Shown: positions 29,553-40,760, counted from the stretch's first letter. The stretch is DNA of 64,000 bases from an uncultured virus (IMG/VR IMGVR_UViG_3300002140_000103) (IMGVR_UViG_3300002140_000103); one strand, 5' to 3'. Notes: generated by a model from the letters alone, not told the origin. Translations and numbers: made by a program.

Positions 29553-29930
29553 ATGGGACGTCCACTAAGAAAAGATATACTTGGAGTAGATGTTATCGGT
29601 ACATACGTAAGTAATACCGGTGTAAGAGTTGAGTTATACGATGGCTCACTAAGAACAGATGGTATTATTATTAAACAACGCGGCGCTTTAACTTTTGTTG
29701 TAGCAAGAGTAGGAACACCTACTGTACTATCTACGTGCGTATTACAAAATAGTACACCTAATGCGTTAAACGAAATGCGTCTATTTGGTTATGCAGTATC
29801 AAACTCAGGTACTGAAGTAAACATTGCTAAAATTACTAAGCGTTTAGCAACTGACTTCTCAGGCAATAGATACACTTGGGTATTAGAAAACGATAGTTCA
29901 AACGATTATATTGTATTAACTGCAATCTAA
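29553..29930 (+). CDS. Hypothetical virion/head-associated protein (125 aa; start revised from 29475 to ATG 29553)
   Basis: Strong SD AAGGAG 6 nt upstream of MGRPLRKD...; the upstream extension is the structured leader. Confidence 0.7.
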   Translation: MGRPLRKDILGVDVIGTYVSNTGVRVELYDGSLRTDGIIIKQRGALTFVVARVGTPTVLSTCVLQNSTPNALNEMRLFGYAVSNSGTEVNIAKITKRLATDFSGNRYTWVLENDSSNDYIVLTAI

Positions 29931-29946
29931 TTAGGAGCGCATAAAA

Positions 29947-30987
29947 ATGACTGCTAAAATATCCAACTACGGTGTAGATCTATATAAAATTGCTGTTAAT
30001 CCCGGCGGTACTATTCAGTTTGATATAGGAAACGGCGAATTAATAGTTAATGGCGATCTTACCGTAAATGGAAATACAACTATAATAGAATCATCAGAAT
30101 TAGTTATTGCAGATAATACAATAACTGTTAATGCTGGTGAAGCAGGTTCCGGAGTTACATTAGGAACTGCAGGAATGATTATTGATAGAGGCAGTTTGCC
30201 AAATGCACAGATTCTATTTAATGAAGATATAAGTTTTTTAGATTCTAGAATTGGTTCAAATACAATTGGCGCTCTTACATTTGCAAACGAAGATGATAAC
30301 CTAGTAGGATTATATACTAATTTTATCGGAACATATGACAACTATAATCTTATATTGTTAGGTAACGGTTCAACTGGATCAGGTACTATATTAAGTCGTG
30401 TAACAGTAGCTGGTACTACAGACTATGAAAAAAATATATTTTCATATACCGGCGATGACATAACGTTTAACGGTTCTAACGAAGATAGATTAGCATTACC
30501 AGTTGATGATGATGCTATACCTAACGTTGCGTTGTTAAAAGACTATGTAAGAAGTTATCATCTTTATAATTGGCAAAATAAGATTGTATCACCACTACCT
30601 GATGGCGATACTTCAATTAGTGTGTTTACAATAGCCGATGGCGCCGCTTCAAACGGTGCTAAAGTAGCTGTATCAGGAATTGACGTTATTACAGTTTCTG
30701 CTACTCAAACAACAATTGAAGAAATTAAAATAATTGATAACTCAATTACACCATTAGGAACTAATACAAATTTAGTATTACAAGCAGCAGGAACTGGAAG
30801 TGTTGAATTTCCAGATCCGTTAAACTTAACTAAAGATACAGATCCAGTTGCACCAGCAGACGGTGTTAAACTTTATAGTAAAGCTGAAGCTGATGGCGGA
30901 ACTGGATTGTTTTTTATAAACGAAAACAACACTAACGACGAAATTATTAGTAGAAATAAAGCTCTGCTATATAGTATAATATTTTAA
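29947..30987 (+). CDS. Virion structural protein (fibre/collar-associated)
   Basis: NGDLTVNGNTT...IADNTITVNAGE..G....AGMIIDRG fibre-type motif, similar to a segment of the 3919-aa protein. Confidence 0.55.
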   Translation: MTAKISNYGVDLYKIAVNPGGTIQFDIGNGELIVNGDLTVNGNTTIIESSELVIADNTITVNAGEAGSGVTLGTAGMIIDRGSLPNAQILFNEDISFLDSRIGSNTIGALTFANEDDNLVGLYTNFIGTYDNYNLILLGNGSTGSGTILSRVTVAGTTDYEKNIFSYTGDDITFNGSNEDRLALPVDDDAIPNVALLKDYVRSYHLYNWQNKIVSPLPDGDTSISVFTIADGAASNGAKVAVSGIDVITVSATQTTIEEIKIIDNSITPLGTNTNLVLQAAGTGSVEFPDPLNLTKDTDPVAPADGVKLYSKAEADGGTGLFFINENNTNDEIISRNKALLYSIIF

Positions 30988-30997
30988 GGAATAAAAA

Positions 30998-31330
30998 ATG
31001 GCAATTGACAGTGTATTAATATTAGAAACAGATACTACTCTGCTAACTGTTCCTGCAAGCAAAAAATATGCTATTACAACTATTCTAGTAAGTAATTATT
31101 CTACTAGTACAGCTATTATAAATGATAGTAGTTTTAGTATGCATGTTTTAAAAGGAAGCGGAGACACAAAGGCAGACAAGAATAAAATTTTAAATAATAT
31201 TCCAATGCCTGCACAAGAAACTTTCACATTTAATGTAGAAAGATTGATATTAGAAGAAGGTGATAGAGTAATAGTAATTGGTGCTAGCTCTGACAAACTT
31301 AACGCAACTATTAGTTATCTGGAAGTATAA
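30998..31330 (+). CDS. Small beta-rich virion structural protein
   Basis: 110 aa, ERLILEEGDRV...ATISYLEV; stop overlaps the next ATG. Confidence 0.55.
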   Translation: MAIDSVLILETDTTLLTVPASKKYAITTILVSNYSTSTAIINDSSFSMHVLKGSGDTKADKNKILNNIPMPAQETFTFNVERLILEEGDRVIVIGASSDKLNATISYLEV

Positions 31331-34300
31331 TGAGTTACATTAAAGAGCAAAATCTACATACGAGAAAATTTAAGGACAGACAGTTCCTCATAAAAGCTGA
31401 CGGTAGTATCGAACTAACTCCGAGTAGTGGAACAGTTACTATTAACGGTGATTTAAACGTTACTGGGTCAAGCAGCGGACCGACAAACTCATTAACATAT
31501 TATGTTTCCAAAGAAGGAAGCGATCTTAATGACGGATTAGCCTCAGGACCAGATAGAGCAAAGGCATCTGTTAAATCTGCAGTTGAAGCTGCTCCAATAG
31601 GTGCTACAATTCAAATTGCACCTGGTGACTATTATGAAAACAATCCAATTACTCTAAAAGCACGTCAAACTGTACGCGGCGATAGCTTACGTAATACACA
31701 GCTTTGGCCGTTAAATAACACTTCAGATTTCTTTTTTGTAGATAATGCTTGCTATATATTCCAAGTAACTTTTAGAGGACTAGCAGATCCAGGTTGGTGT
31801 GTAAGAATTAGACCAGGTGCTTTAGTAACTACATCACCATATGTACAAAACAGTTCTAACATCAACGGTCCGTGGTTAAATGATGGTACAGAATTTGTTC
31901 CGTTTGAAACTGTACAAATTGAAGGTATTGTACCTACATCAAGACCAATTATTAACAATGAAAATGTTCCTTTAGGAAAACGTGTTAACGAAATTGGCGG
32001 CGGAAATGGTATGCTTGTTGATGGTAACGATTACGATCAGCGTTCTCTTGTATTTTCGATGGTTGCAGATGCGTTTACTCAAATTGCACAAGGTGGTATT
32101 GGCTTCCATATTACTAACTTTGGTTATACACAGATTGTTAGTTGTTTCTCGGTCTTTACAAGAATTGGATTCTTAGCCACCAATGGCGGCTATCTGAGTA
32201 TTTCAAACTCAGTTAGTGACTTTGGGACTTATGCACTAGTTGCTGACGGAGTTTTTGATAAGGTTTATACAACTGCAAGACCTGTACAAGACTATTATTC
32301 AAATGTTGGTAGTGTTACTATTGGTAGCCAAGGTGCAGGGTATACAGGAGTTCCAGCAGTAATTTTTGAATCTCCTACTTCTCCTGGTGGTGTAACAGCA
32401 ACAGGTACAGCTAGTATTGATGCTGCTACCGGTAAAGTTACATCAGTTGCTATTGATAATCCAGGTAGCGGTTATGACTTTGTTCCATCTTTAACATTCG
32501 TAGGCGGCGGCTACAGTGTTATTGCAACTGGTATAGTTAACTTGGTTACTAATCGAATAATTGACGTTAACAGTTTACGCGACTTGCCACAAGTTGGGTC
32601 TGTTATAAGTTTTGATGGCGACCCTATAAAATACTATGTAACAGAAACAAGTGTTGCAACACAGCCTTTTACATATAACGAAACTACTTGTAGACGTGAC
32701 GTACAAAGAATTATTGATGCAGTTATGGGAGACGTAGTCCTTGGAACTAACTATCAGTCAATTGCTGCAGGAAAAAGTTATTTAAGATCAACATCTGCAA
32801 TTGTTTTACAACAACAACTTGCACCAACTATATACGGCATTGAAGCAATAAGAGATGAAATACTTATTAGAATAGGTGACGAAGATAGTACTTCTATTAT
32901 TGAAAAGTTTGCACTTATTACAAACATACTAGAGGAAGGTGATAGTGCCGGAGTACCTGATATAGATTATAATGAGCTATCAGGCATTGATGCTGGAGTT
33001 ATTAATGCAAAAGATAACATTATTGCAAACAAAGAATTTATTATTGAAGAAATTACAAATTATATTGCTGAACAATTTACTGATCTTTCTTATGATCAAG
33101 ATAAATGCGAAAGAGATGTAAGATTAATTTGTCAAGCAGTAGCATACGATGTTGCACTTGGCACTAACTATAATGCAGTTACAGCAGGACTATCTTACAA
33201 ACGTGCTAACGCTGTTGATGTAACTGAAAAACAATTAACACAAACTCTTGCTGCCTTTGCATATTTAAAAACACAAATACTAGCATTGAGTAATGTAATT
33301 GCAAGTCCAACTGCTACTAGTAGAGCAACTGCAGCTATGGATGAAATTATTGATATTGTATCAGGTGTTAATTTCAACGAAGCTGTTTGTAGCAGAGACT
33401 TAGGATATATTATTGATGCAACTGCTTATGACATTGCATTAGGGACAAACTATAACAGTGTAACTGCTGGAATTTCTTATCAAAGAGCTCCTAGTGCATA
33501 TGTATTAAGTGCGCAATTCCAAAAAACTATTGCATCAATTGAATACTTAAAAACGTTAGCTGCAACCGATTACTTGTCAGCCGACGCAACAGCAGTTAGT
33601 AGATCAAATGCAGCATTTAATGAAATTGTTGATATTGTTACTAATAATACACCAGACGCATTAACATGGTCAGATCCTGGCGTTGATGCTAATAAAGCAT
33701 ATGCAAGAATATTACTACAAGCAAATAGAGCATTTATTGCAACTGAACTAACTGGTTGGATTAATACAACTTATCCTTCATTAGATTACAACGAAGTAAC
33801 ATGTGCAAGAGATGTCGGTTATATTGTTGATGCATTATCGCATGATGTGCAGTACGGAACTAACTTTGCAACAAGAAAGGTAGCCGATGCATATTTTTCT
33901 TATGCAGTTAGCATATTACCTGCTGCACAAAGAATAGAAACAGCAGCAGCATATGCTCAATTAGCAACTATTGTTGCTGACATTGTTGAAGAAACTTATG
34001 CAGGACAAACTACTACTGGAAATCCAGCAAGTGGTACCGAAGCAACCGAAGTAGACGGATTAGTACAAATAATTGAAGATGTTATAACTGCTAACAGTCT
34101 AAGTGGACTACCAGCATTAAGTTCTCCAAGTACTTCATGGGTTGATAACGATATATTAACTGCAAGAAATAACTTTTATAATAGTAAATTAGCTATTATT
34201 GAAAATGTTTTAAATGAAATTAATATAAACTTATCAAACGCCGACACACTTACATGGACTAACCCAACCGGTGGTATTACAGAAAAAGCAAATGCAAAAG

Positions 34301-37300
34301 ATCAGTTAATTGCAAATAGAGAATTTTTACAAGCTGAAGTAATTGCATGGATAGCTATAAATTATCCAAGTCTTTCTTATAACGTAGATAAGTGTAATAG
34401 AGATGTTGGATACATTGTAGATTCATTAACATATGATATACTATATGGCGGTAATACAGCTATTCGAAATTCAGCAAGTTCGTATTTTGTAGGAACAGCA
34501 AGTCAACTAGGAACAAACGAAGCAACTGCTACTGTTAATGCTTATGAAAGATTACAAGCTGCAGTATCTTCAGTTGTACAAGGCGTAACTTTCTTAAAAT
34601 CTTCAGGTAACGCTCTAACACAAGATACAAGCAGTGGTAACGCTACTGGAGTTGAAGGTCTTAGAGTAGATAGCTTAATTAATGAAATTATTGTTGTAAT
34701 AGAAGATGGCAATTTAGATAATTTAGTAGCTGAAGTGTTACCAAGTGTTGTATGGGCATCAAGCGACTTACAAAACGCAAATGCATCAATATATGCAGCA
34801 AGAAACAACTTTGCAACTTCGGTAACTGCTTATCTTTTAGCAACATACCCGACATTTACATATGATAGAACAAAATGTCAAAGAGACGTTGGATTGATCG
34901 TAGATGCTGTTGTAAGAGATATTAAAATTGGAACTAACTTTAACGGAATACAAGCTGGACAGGCATATCGTAGAGGTTCTGCAAGAGTAGTCGACGCGGA
35001 TCAACTACCTGCAACTATAATAGCTTTAAGATATTTAAAAACTCTTATATTAGCTGACTTAACAACTCCTGGTCGTGAATTTGCATTAACAAGAGCTACC
35101 GAAAGTCTAGATGCATTTTTACAAGTAGTCGAATACGGTACGTTACCAAGCGAAGGTATTACATATCCATCAATTAACTCTGCAAGCCAAGCATTGATTG
35201 ATTCTGCAAGACAATTACAAGATAACAGAACTTTCTTAATTGAAGAAACTATTGCATGGATTGCTGATAACTATTTTGTATACGATGCAACAAAATGTGC
35301 AAGAGACACACAGATAATTTTAGACAGTGTTGGGTTAGACTTAGTTTTAGGAACTAATTATAATTCTGTAACAGCAGGTATTGCTTACTATCGTGCAGCA
35401 TCTAGTTATGTTATTAGTGATCAAATTACACAAACAATTGCAGCAATTACACATTTAAAATCTGCAGTTTCAACACTAATTACAGCAGATGCAAACTCAG
35501 TAACTAGAACTAATGCTGCATTTGACGAGATACTTGACATTATACAAAATGGCATAGGTAATGCTGATGCACTAACATGGAGTGATCCAGGCGTTAATTC
35601 AAATAAGCGTTTTGCACGTGAACAACTACAAACTAATAAAGTTTACATTGGTACAGAACTAACCGACTGGATTGATGCACAAATAATTGCAAATGCTGCA
35701 ACTCCGTCAAGTATATGGTATAGCTTTACATATAATGCTGTAACTTGTAGAAGAGATGTTGGTTATATTGTTGATGGATTATCACATGATGTTCAATATG
35801 GTACTAACTATGGCACAAGAATAGCTGCAACTTCATACTTTGTTAGTGCTGTTCAAGTACTTCCAGCAGCACAACGTCCAGCAACGGCTGCTGCTATGGC
35901 ACAGCTTGCAAATATTGTAAGTAGTATTGTACAAGAAACTTATGCAGGACAAGACGTAACTGGAACTGCTGCAACTGGTACTGAAGGAACAGAAGTAAGT
36001 AACTTGGTTGGATATGTCGAAGATGTAATTACAGCAGGCGAATTAGATTCTTTACCGGCACTGTCGGAACCATCAACTGCATGGGTTGCTGCAGGATATG
36101 TTACTTCTAGAAACTTAATACGTTCAAGCGGTGATAGTACAGATGCAGATCTTGTACAAGATTTAATCGATTACATTAACACAAGTCTAAATGGATTAGA
36201 TTACAACGAAATAAATTGCCGCAGAGATACAGGATATCTAATTGATAGTGCAACACACGACTTACTATACGGCGGAAACAGAGCATCGTTGATTTGTGCT
36301 AGAGCATACTTTGATGCAGGTGTACTACAAGTTTCAGATTATACAGAAACTTCTGCAGCATTAGTACATTTAAGAGACGTATCTGAAGACGTTATTGAAG
36401 GTGTAAGTGTTACTCCAACAACAGGAAATAACGAAAGTCAATCACTTGTTAGTGGGTTTGGTACAGCTACACAAAGTGCTTCTGCAACAACACTTTATAA
36501 CATAACTATTAACGCATTGGATGCAGGCAGTTTATTAGGAACACCTGCAAACTTAGATCCTAGTTATACATTGTTTGTAGCAACAGCTACATTGGAAGCA
36601 GCAGATGTAGTATTAAATTCAAGTATTACAAAACAAACACAAGTAATTAATTATATCACAGATAATATACTCGGACTTACATATAACATTGAAAAATGTC
36701 AAAGAGACACTAGTTATATTATTGACGCTGCAATTTACGATATGATGTATGGCGGTAACAAACAAACTCGTCGTGCAGGCGAAGCATACTATAATGGTGC
36801 TATATTAGGTAGTGCAACTTATGGTACAGTTAATCAAACTGAAGTTACAGAGTTTACATATAAAAGACTTGCAAAAGTACTAAGTGATGTTGCTCAAAAC
36901 ATTGAAATTAGTACAAGTGAAGGTAATATATTAACTCAAACTATCGGGTTAGGTCTTAGTGATGGTAGTTCTGCAGCTGGTTCGTATATCTATACTATGG
37001 TTGAAAAAATTGCAGAAGTTGTAAAAACTGGTACTACTGCTATTCCAACAGAAGTAGATCACTCTTATGATGTCCTTGGCGACGGCGATCTTAATATTAA
37101 ACGAAATGCAATACTTGCAGTAAAACAAGAAATTGAAGATAATGCAATTGCTGCACTTAATTTAGAATTTGGAGGCGTAGCTACATTAACACTATTCCCC
37201 GGAGTACTTTCTGTATTAGAAGGTACGTTGTCTAACATGCAAAATGTTAGTACTATTAGTACAGCAGGACACTCTTTTGAATATGTAGGCGCTGGTATTA

Positions 37301-40300
37301 CATATAATGCACTTCCATTCTTTGGTGGCTCACCGATTGTAGAAAATCAAGTAGTTGAAACAAACATAGGAAAAGTATTCTCAACATCAAGCGATCAAAT
37401 TGGTAACTTTGCTGTTGGTCAATTCTTTAATGTTAATGCACTAACAGGTGCTATTACACTTAATGCTAACCAACTTAACTTATCTGGTCTTAGTGCAATT
37501 GGTCCATTCCAAAGAGACGGTATCCCAGTTGGCGTGGTACTTAGAGAAGTTAGTAACAGTACAAACTTAGTTGCAAGTACAGGTATTTCAGAATCAGATA
37601 CTGCTCCAACACAAAATGCTGTTGTACAATATGTAGAAAACAGATACTTAAACAAGATAACAGGCGGCACAGTACAAGGCGATACACAATTTGACACTAA
37701 CATTACAGTTAATGGCGGCAATATAGAAACTATTAATACAACATTTAATCTAATTAACGATAATGCTAGTACTGTTAACTTTGCAGGCGGTGCAACTGAA
37801 ATTAATATCGGTGCATCAATTGGTACAACAACCTTTAATAATGATGTTGTAATTGATGGTACTGTTAATATAAATGGCGATACTGTTATTATTGGTGATA
37901 TAAGTATGGTTATTCCAGACGAAGCACCGCAAGCATTTAGTATAACAGAAGGTACAGAAGACTATATTAGTATTGATACTCGTGTAGGTCTTGAACAAAT
38001 TACATTTGGCGAACAGCCAAGAATTGAAATTAATAATTCAACACAAGCAGAAACTGATACAACAAATACAGGTGCATTAGTAGTTGCAGGCGGTGCATCA
38101 GTTGGTAGAAATCTTAGTATTGGCGGAGATTTGTACTTTGAAGGCGAAATCATCAGTGGTAATGCTGGAAATATTTCGTTGTTTAACAACGCTGCTGGTG
38201 TTATTGAAGCGTTTGGTGCAGCTACTGAAATTACTATAGGTAGTTCAGGTATTGTTCCTGGTACGTTTGAAGTTAAAAACGACTACATTCGTTTTAGTAG
38301 TGTGTACAACTTAGCAATTCCAACCGGTAACGTTGGCGAACGTGGAACATCTATTGCAGGATCAATGCGTTTTAATACTACAATAGGGCAGTTTGAAGGT
38401 TATGACGGTAGTAACTGGAATAGTCTAGGCGGCGTTCGTGATGTTGACGGAAACACATTTATTCTTCCTGAAAGTGCTCCGGGTGCAAACGAAAACGAAC
38501 TAATGTTCTATACTAATGCAGTTGAACGTATGAATTTAAGTACAAGTGCATTAACAGTTGACAGTACTATTACAAGTATTATATTTTCAGGTGTAACACA
38601 ATCAACTTCAAAAGACACTGGTAACCTAGTAGTTGAAGGCGGTGTTGGTATTGAAAGAGACGTCTTCATAGGTGGTAGTATAACTGCAGGTGTTAATGCT
38701 ACAATTGATGGCAATCTTATTGCAAATGGCGATGTAACTTTAGGAACTATAGAAGATTCAACTGTTAATACATTAACTGTTAATGCTAACAGTGTGTTTA
38801 ATCTTCTAGACAACACAGTACAATCATTTGAACTTATAGAAAGTGCAAACGGAGGCGGTGGAGGCAATAGCTACTTTAAAGTGTCCACAACTAACGGCGA
38901 CGAAAAAATAAGTATACAAACTCCAATTGTAAAAATAGATAATACTACTCAAAGTACAAACAGCTCTAATGGTGCTCTTGTAGTAGCAGGCGGCGTTGGC
39001 ATTAGTGGAAACTTGTTTGTAGATGGCGGCTTTACAGTTGGTGGTAGTATTGCATTTGGCAACGATGTAGATGTTGACACATTTACAGTAATTGGCGATA
39101 CAGATTTTACAATTCCTGATAACAACAGTGAAGCATTTAGAATAGATCAAGGTACTAACAACTATTTTAATATTGCTACAACTGACGGTAGTGAACTTGT
39201 AAGTTTTGGAACTACTCCAAAAGTATTCATTGGAAATACTACAGATGCAAGTAGTAAAGATGCTGCTGCTCTTGTAGTAAACGGCGGTGTTGGCATCGAA
39301 CTTAATACTTACATCGGTGTTGATTTGTTTGTTGGACGTAATACTGTATTAACAGGCGACTTAGCAGTTAACGGCGCCGACTTAACTACTACTGCAACAA
39401 CATTTAATCTTGTTAATACTAATGCTACAACTGTTAATTTTGCTGGTGCTGCAACTGCAATCAATATTGGTGCTGCAACTGGTATAATAACTATTAACAA
39501 CGAACAAGTTATCTTTAACAGTGTTAAATCAATTCAAATACCAGTTGGCGGTAATGCAGATCGTCCAAGTGCAATTACTGGTCAGATTAGATTTAACAGC
39601 GATGCATTAGTATTTGAAGGATACGATGGTATTGCATGGGGATCACTAGGCGGTGTTAAAGATGTTGATCAAAACACATTTATACGTCCAGAAACTTCTC
39701 CAGGCGCAAACAATAACGAATTAGAATTCTACACCGATGGCGTTAAAAGAATGGGCCTTGGTACTAGTGAGTTAATTATTGACAGTACTATTAATACTAC
39801 ATTTGAAGCAACAACAACTTCAACAAGTGATGTAACAGGTGCATTAGTAATTGCAGGCGGAGTTGGCATTGCTGAAAACTTATATGTTGGCGGGCGCATT
39901 GGCGGCGATATACAAATTGGTGAAGATATTACAAGTATCTTAACTATTATAGGCGAAACAATACTTGCACCAGATTCGTTGCGTATTATTTCAAATGCTC
40001 CTGATAGTGCAGCTGATGATATAGTATATCCAGTTACATTTGCACACCATAGTATAAGTGGTACTCCGACTGCAGGAAGCGGAACTGGTGTTAAATTTGA
40101 ACTTGAAACTTCAAATGATAACTTTGAAACTGGTGGTAAAATTGATGTAGTAGTACAAGATGTAACTGGTACGCAAGAAGACTTTGATATGGTCTTCAGC
40201 ACAATGATCAGTGGCAGTGTTGCTGAGAAGTTTAGAATTGGCGAGCTAACAGCAACATTTGAAGATAATGTAGCAATAAAAGGCGGCAGCTTAACAACAG

Positions 40301-40650
40301 ATCAAACTACGTTTAACCTGTTAAATACAACTGCTACTACTGTTAATTTTGCTAGTGACGGTACAATTATTAGTATAGGTAGTATTAGTGGTACTACAAC
40401 TGTAAATCACAATTTACATGTAACTGGAACAATCAGTACCGATGTAGATCTCGAAGTACAATACGGTGGTACTGGCGTAAGTACATTTACTACAGACGGT
40501 ATACTATACGGAAACGCAGCAGACCCACTACAAGTAACAGATGCAGCCGGTACAAGTGACACAAGTGTATCGTTCCAAATACTAACTGTAACAAGCGATG
40601 TTGATGCAACACCAGTTTGGACAGACACAATAGATGGTGGTAGCTTCTAA
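31330..40650 (+). CDS. Giant virion fibre-like protein (3106 aa): beta-helix, 10 CxRD helical repeats, fibre-shaft repeats
   Basis: YYVSKEGSDLNDG...GDYYENNPI...GDSLR beta-helix start; GALVVAGGVGI and RFN....FEGYDG..W.SLGGV repeats; ends IDGGSF. Confidence 0.75.
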   Translation: MSYIKEQNLHTRKFKDRQFLIKADGSIELTPSSGTVTINGDLNVTGSSSGPTNSLTYYVSKEGSDLNDGLASGPDRAKASVKSAVEAAPIGATIQIAPGDYYENNPITLKARQTVRGDSLRNTQLWPLNNTSDFFFVDNACYIFQVTFRGLADPGWCVRIRPGALVTTSPYVQNSSNINGPWLNDGTEFVPFETVQIEGIVPTSRPIINNENVPLGKRVNEIGGGNGMLVDGNDYDQRSLVFSMVADAFTQIAQGGIGFHITNFGYTQIVSCFSVFTRIGFLATNGGYLSISNSVSDFGTYALVADGVFDKVYTTARPVQDYYSNVGSVTIGSQGAGYTGVPAVIFESPTSPGGVTATGTASIDAATGKVTSVAIDNPGSGYDFVPSLTFVGGGYSVIATGIVNLVTNRIIDVNSLRDLPQVGSVISFDGDPIKYYVTETSVATQPFTYNETTCRRDVQRIIDAVMGDVVLGTNYQSIAAGKSYLRSTSAIVLQQQLAPTIYGIEAIRDEILIRIGDEDSTSIIEKFALITNILEEGDSAGVPDIDYNELSGIDAGVINAKDNIIANKEFIIEEITNYIAEQFTDLSYDQDKCERDVRLICQAVAYDVALGTNYNAVTAGLSYKRANAVDVTEKQLTQTLAAFAYLKTQILALSNVIASPTATSRATAAMDEIIDIVSGVNFNEAVCSRDLGYIIDATAYDIALGTNYNSVTAGISYQRAPSAYVLSAQFQKTIASIEYLKTLAATDYLSADATAVSRSNAAFNEIVDIVTNNTPDALTWSDPGVDANKAYARILLQANRAFIATELTGWINTTYPSLDYNEVTCARDVGYIVDALSHDVQYGTNFATRKVADAYFSYAVSILPAAQRIETAAAYAQLATIVADIVEETYAGQTTTGNPASGTEATEVDGLVQIIEDVITANSLSGLPALSSPSTSWVDNDILTARNNFYNSKLAIIENVLNEININLSNADTLTWTNPTGGITEKANAKDQLIANREFLQAEVIAWIAINYPSLSYNVDKCNRDVGYIVDSLTYDILYGGNTAIRNSASSYFVGTASQLGTNEATATVNAYERLQAAVSSVVQGVTFLKSSGNALTQDTSSGNATGVEGLRVDSLINEIIVVIEDGNLDNLVAEVLPSVVWASSDLQNANASIYAARNNFATSVTAYLLATYPTFTYDRTKCQRDVGLIVDAVVRDIKIGTNFNGIQAGQAYRRGSARVVDADQLPATIIALRYLKTLILADLTTPGREFALTRATESLDAFLQVVEYGTLPSEGITYPSINSASQALIDSARQLQDNRTFLIEETIAWIADNYFVYDATKCARDTQIILDSVGLDLVLGTNYNSVTAGIAYYRAASSYVISDQITQTIAAITHLKSAVSTLITADANSVTRTNAAFDEILDIIQNGIGNADALTWSDPGVNSNKRFAREQLQTNKVYIGTELTDWIDAQIIANAATPSSIWYSFTYNAVTCRRDVGYIVDGLSHDVQYGTNYGTRIAATSYFVSAVQVLPAAQRPATAAAMAQLANIVSSIVQETYAGQDVTGTAATGTEGTEVSNLVGYVEDVITAGELDSLPALSEPSTAWVAAGYVTSRNLIRSSGDSTDADLVQDLIDYINTSLNGLDYNEINCRRDTGYLIDSATHDLLYGGNRASLICARAYFDAGVLQVSDYTETSAALVHLRDVSEDVIEGVSVTPTTGNNESQSLVSGFGTATQSASATTLYNITINALDAGSLLGTPANLDPSYTLFVATATLEAADVVLNSSITKQTQVINYITDNILGLTYNIEKCQRDTSYIIDAAIYDMMYGGNKQTRRAGEAYYNGAILGSATYGTVNQTEVTEFTYKRLAKVLSDVAQNIEISTSEGNILTQTIGLGLSDGSSAAGSYIYTMVEKIAEVVKTGTTAIPTEVDHSYDVLGDGDLNIKRNAILAVKQEIEDNAIAALNLEFGGVATLTLFPGVLSVLEGTLSNMQNVSTISTAGHSFEYVGAGITYNALPFFGGSPIVENQVVETNIGKVFSTSSDQIGNFAVGQFFNVNALTGAITLNANQLNLSGLSAIGPFQRDGIPVGVVLREVSNSTNLVASTGISESDTAPTQNAVVQYVENRYLNKITGGTVQGDTQFDTNITVNGGNIETINTTFNLINDNASTVNFAGGATEINIGASIGTTTFNNDVVIDGTVNINGDTVIIGDISMVIPDEAPQAFSITEGTEDYISIDTRVGLEQITFGEQPRIEINNSTQAETDTTNTGALVVAGGASVGRNLSIGGDLYFEGEIISGNAGNISLFNNAAGVIEAFGAATEITIGSSGIVPGTFEVKNDYIRFSSVYNLAIPTGNVGERGTSIAGSMRFNTTIGQFEGYDGSNWNSLGGVRDVDGNTFILPESAPGANENELMFYTNAVERMNLSTSALTVDSTITSIIFSGVTQSTSKDTGNLVVEGGVGIERDVFIGGSITAGVNATIDGNLIANGDVTLGTIEDSTVNTLTVNANSVFNLLDNTVQSFELIESANGGGGGNSYFKVSTTNGDEKISIQTPIVKIDNTTQSTNSSNGALVVAGGVGISGNLFVDGGFTVGGSIAFGNDVDVDTFTVIGDTDFTIPDNNSEAFRIDQGTNNYFNIATTDGSELVSFGTTPKVFIGNTTDASSKDAAALVVNGGVGIELNTYIGVDLFVGRNTVLTGDLAVNGADLTTTATTFNLVNTNATTVNFAGAATAINIGAATGIITINNEQVIFNSVKSIQIPVGGNADRPSAITGQIRFNSDALVFEGYDGIAWGSLGGVKDVDQNTFIRPETSPGANNNELEFYTDGVKRMGLGTSELIIDSTINTTFEATTTSTSDVTGALVIAGGVGIAENLYVGGRIGGDIQIGEDITSILTIIGETILAPDSLRIISNAPDSAADDIVYPVTFAHHSISGTPTAGSGTGVKFELETSNDNFETGGKIDVVVQDVTGTQEDFDMVFSTMISGSVAEKFRIGELTATFEDNVAIKGGSLTTDQTTFNLLNTTATTVNFASDGTIISIGSISGTTTVNHNLHVTGTISTDVDLEVQYGGTGVSTFTTDGILYGNAADPLQVTDAAGTSDTSVSFQILTVTSDVDATPVWTDTIDGGSF

Positions 40651-40664
40651 AAAGCTACCACTTT
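40637..40664 (+). terminator. Hairpin overlapping the stop codon, probable terminator
   Basis: gtggtagctt (40637-40646) / aagctaccac (40652-40661), then ttt. Confidence 0.55.
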
Positions 40665-40760
40665 AACTTCCTAGATAAATAACATACAACGATTTTTATC
40701 GTATAGTTTTGGGCGACTTATATAAGTTTTGACCCGTTACCTAAATAGGAGGCGGCCTTA

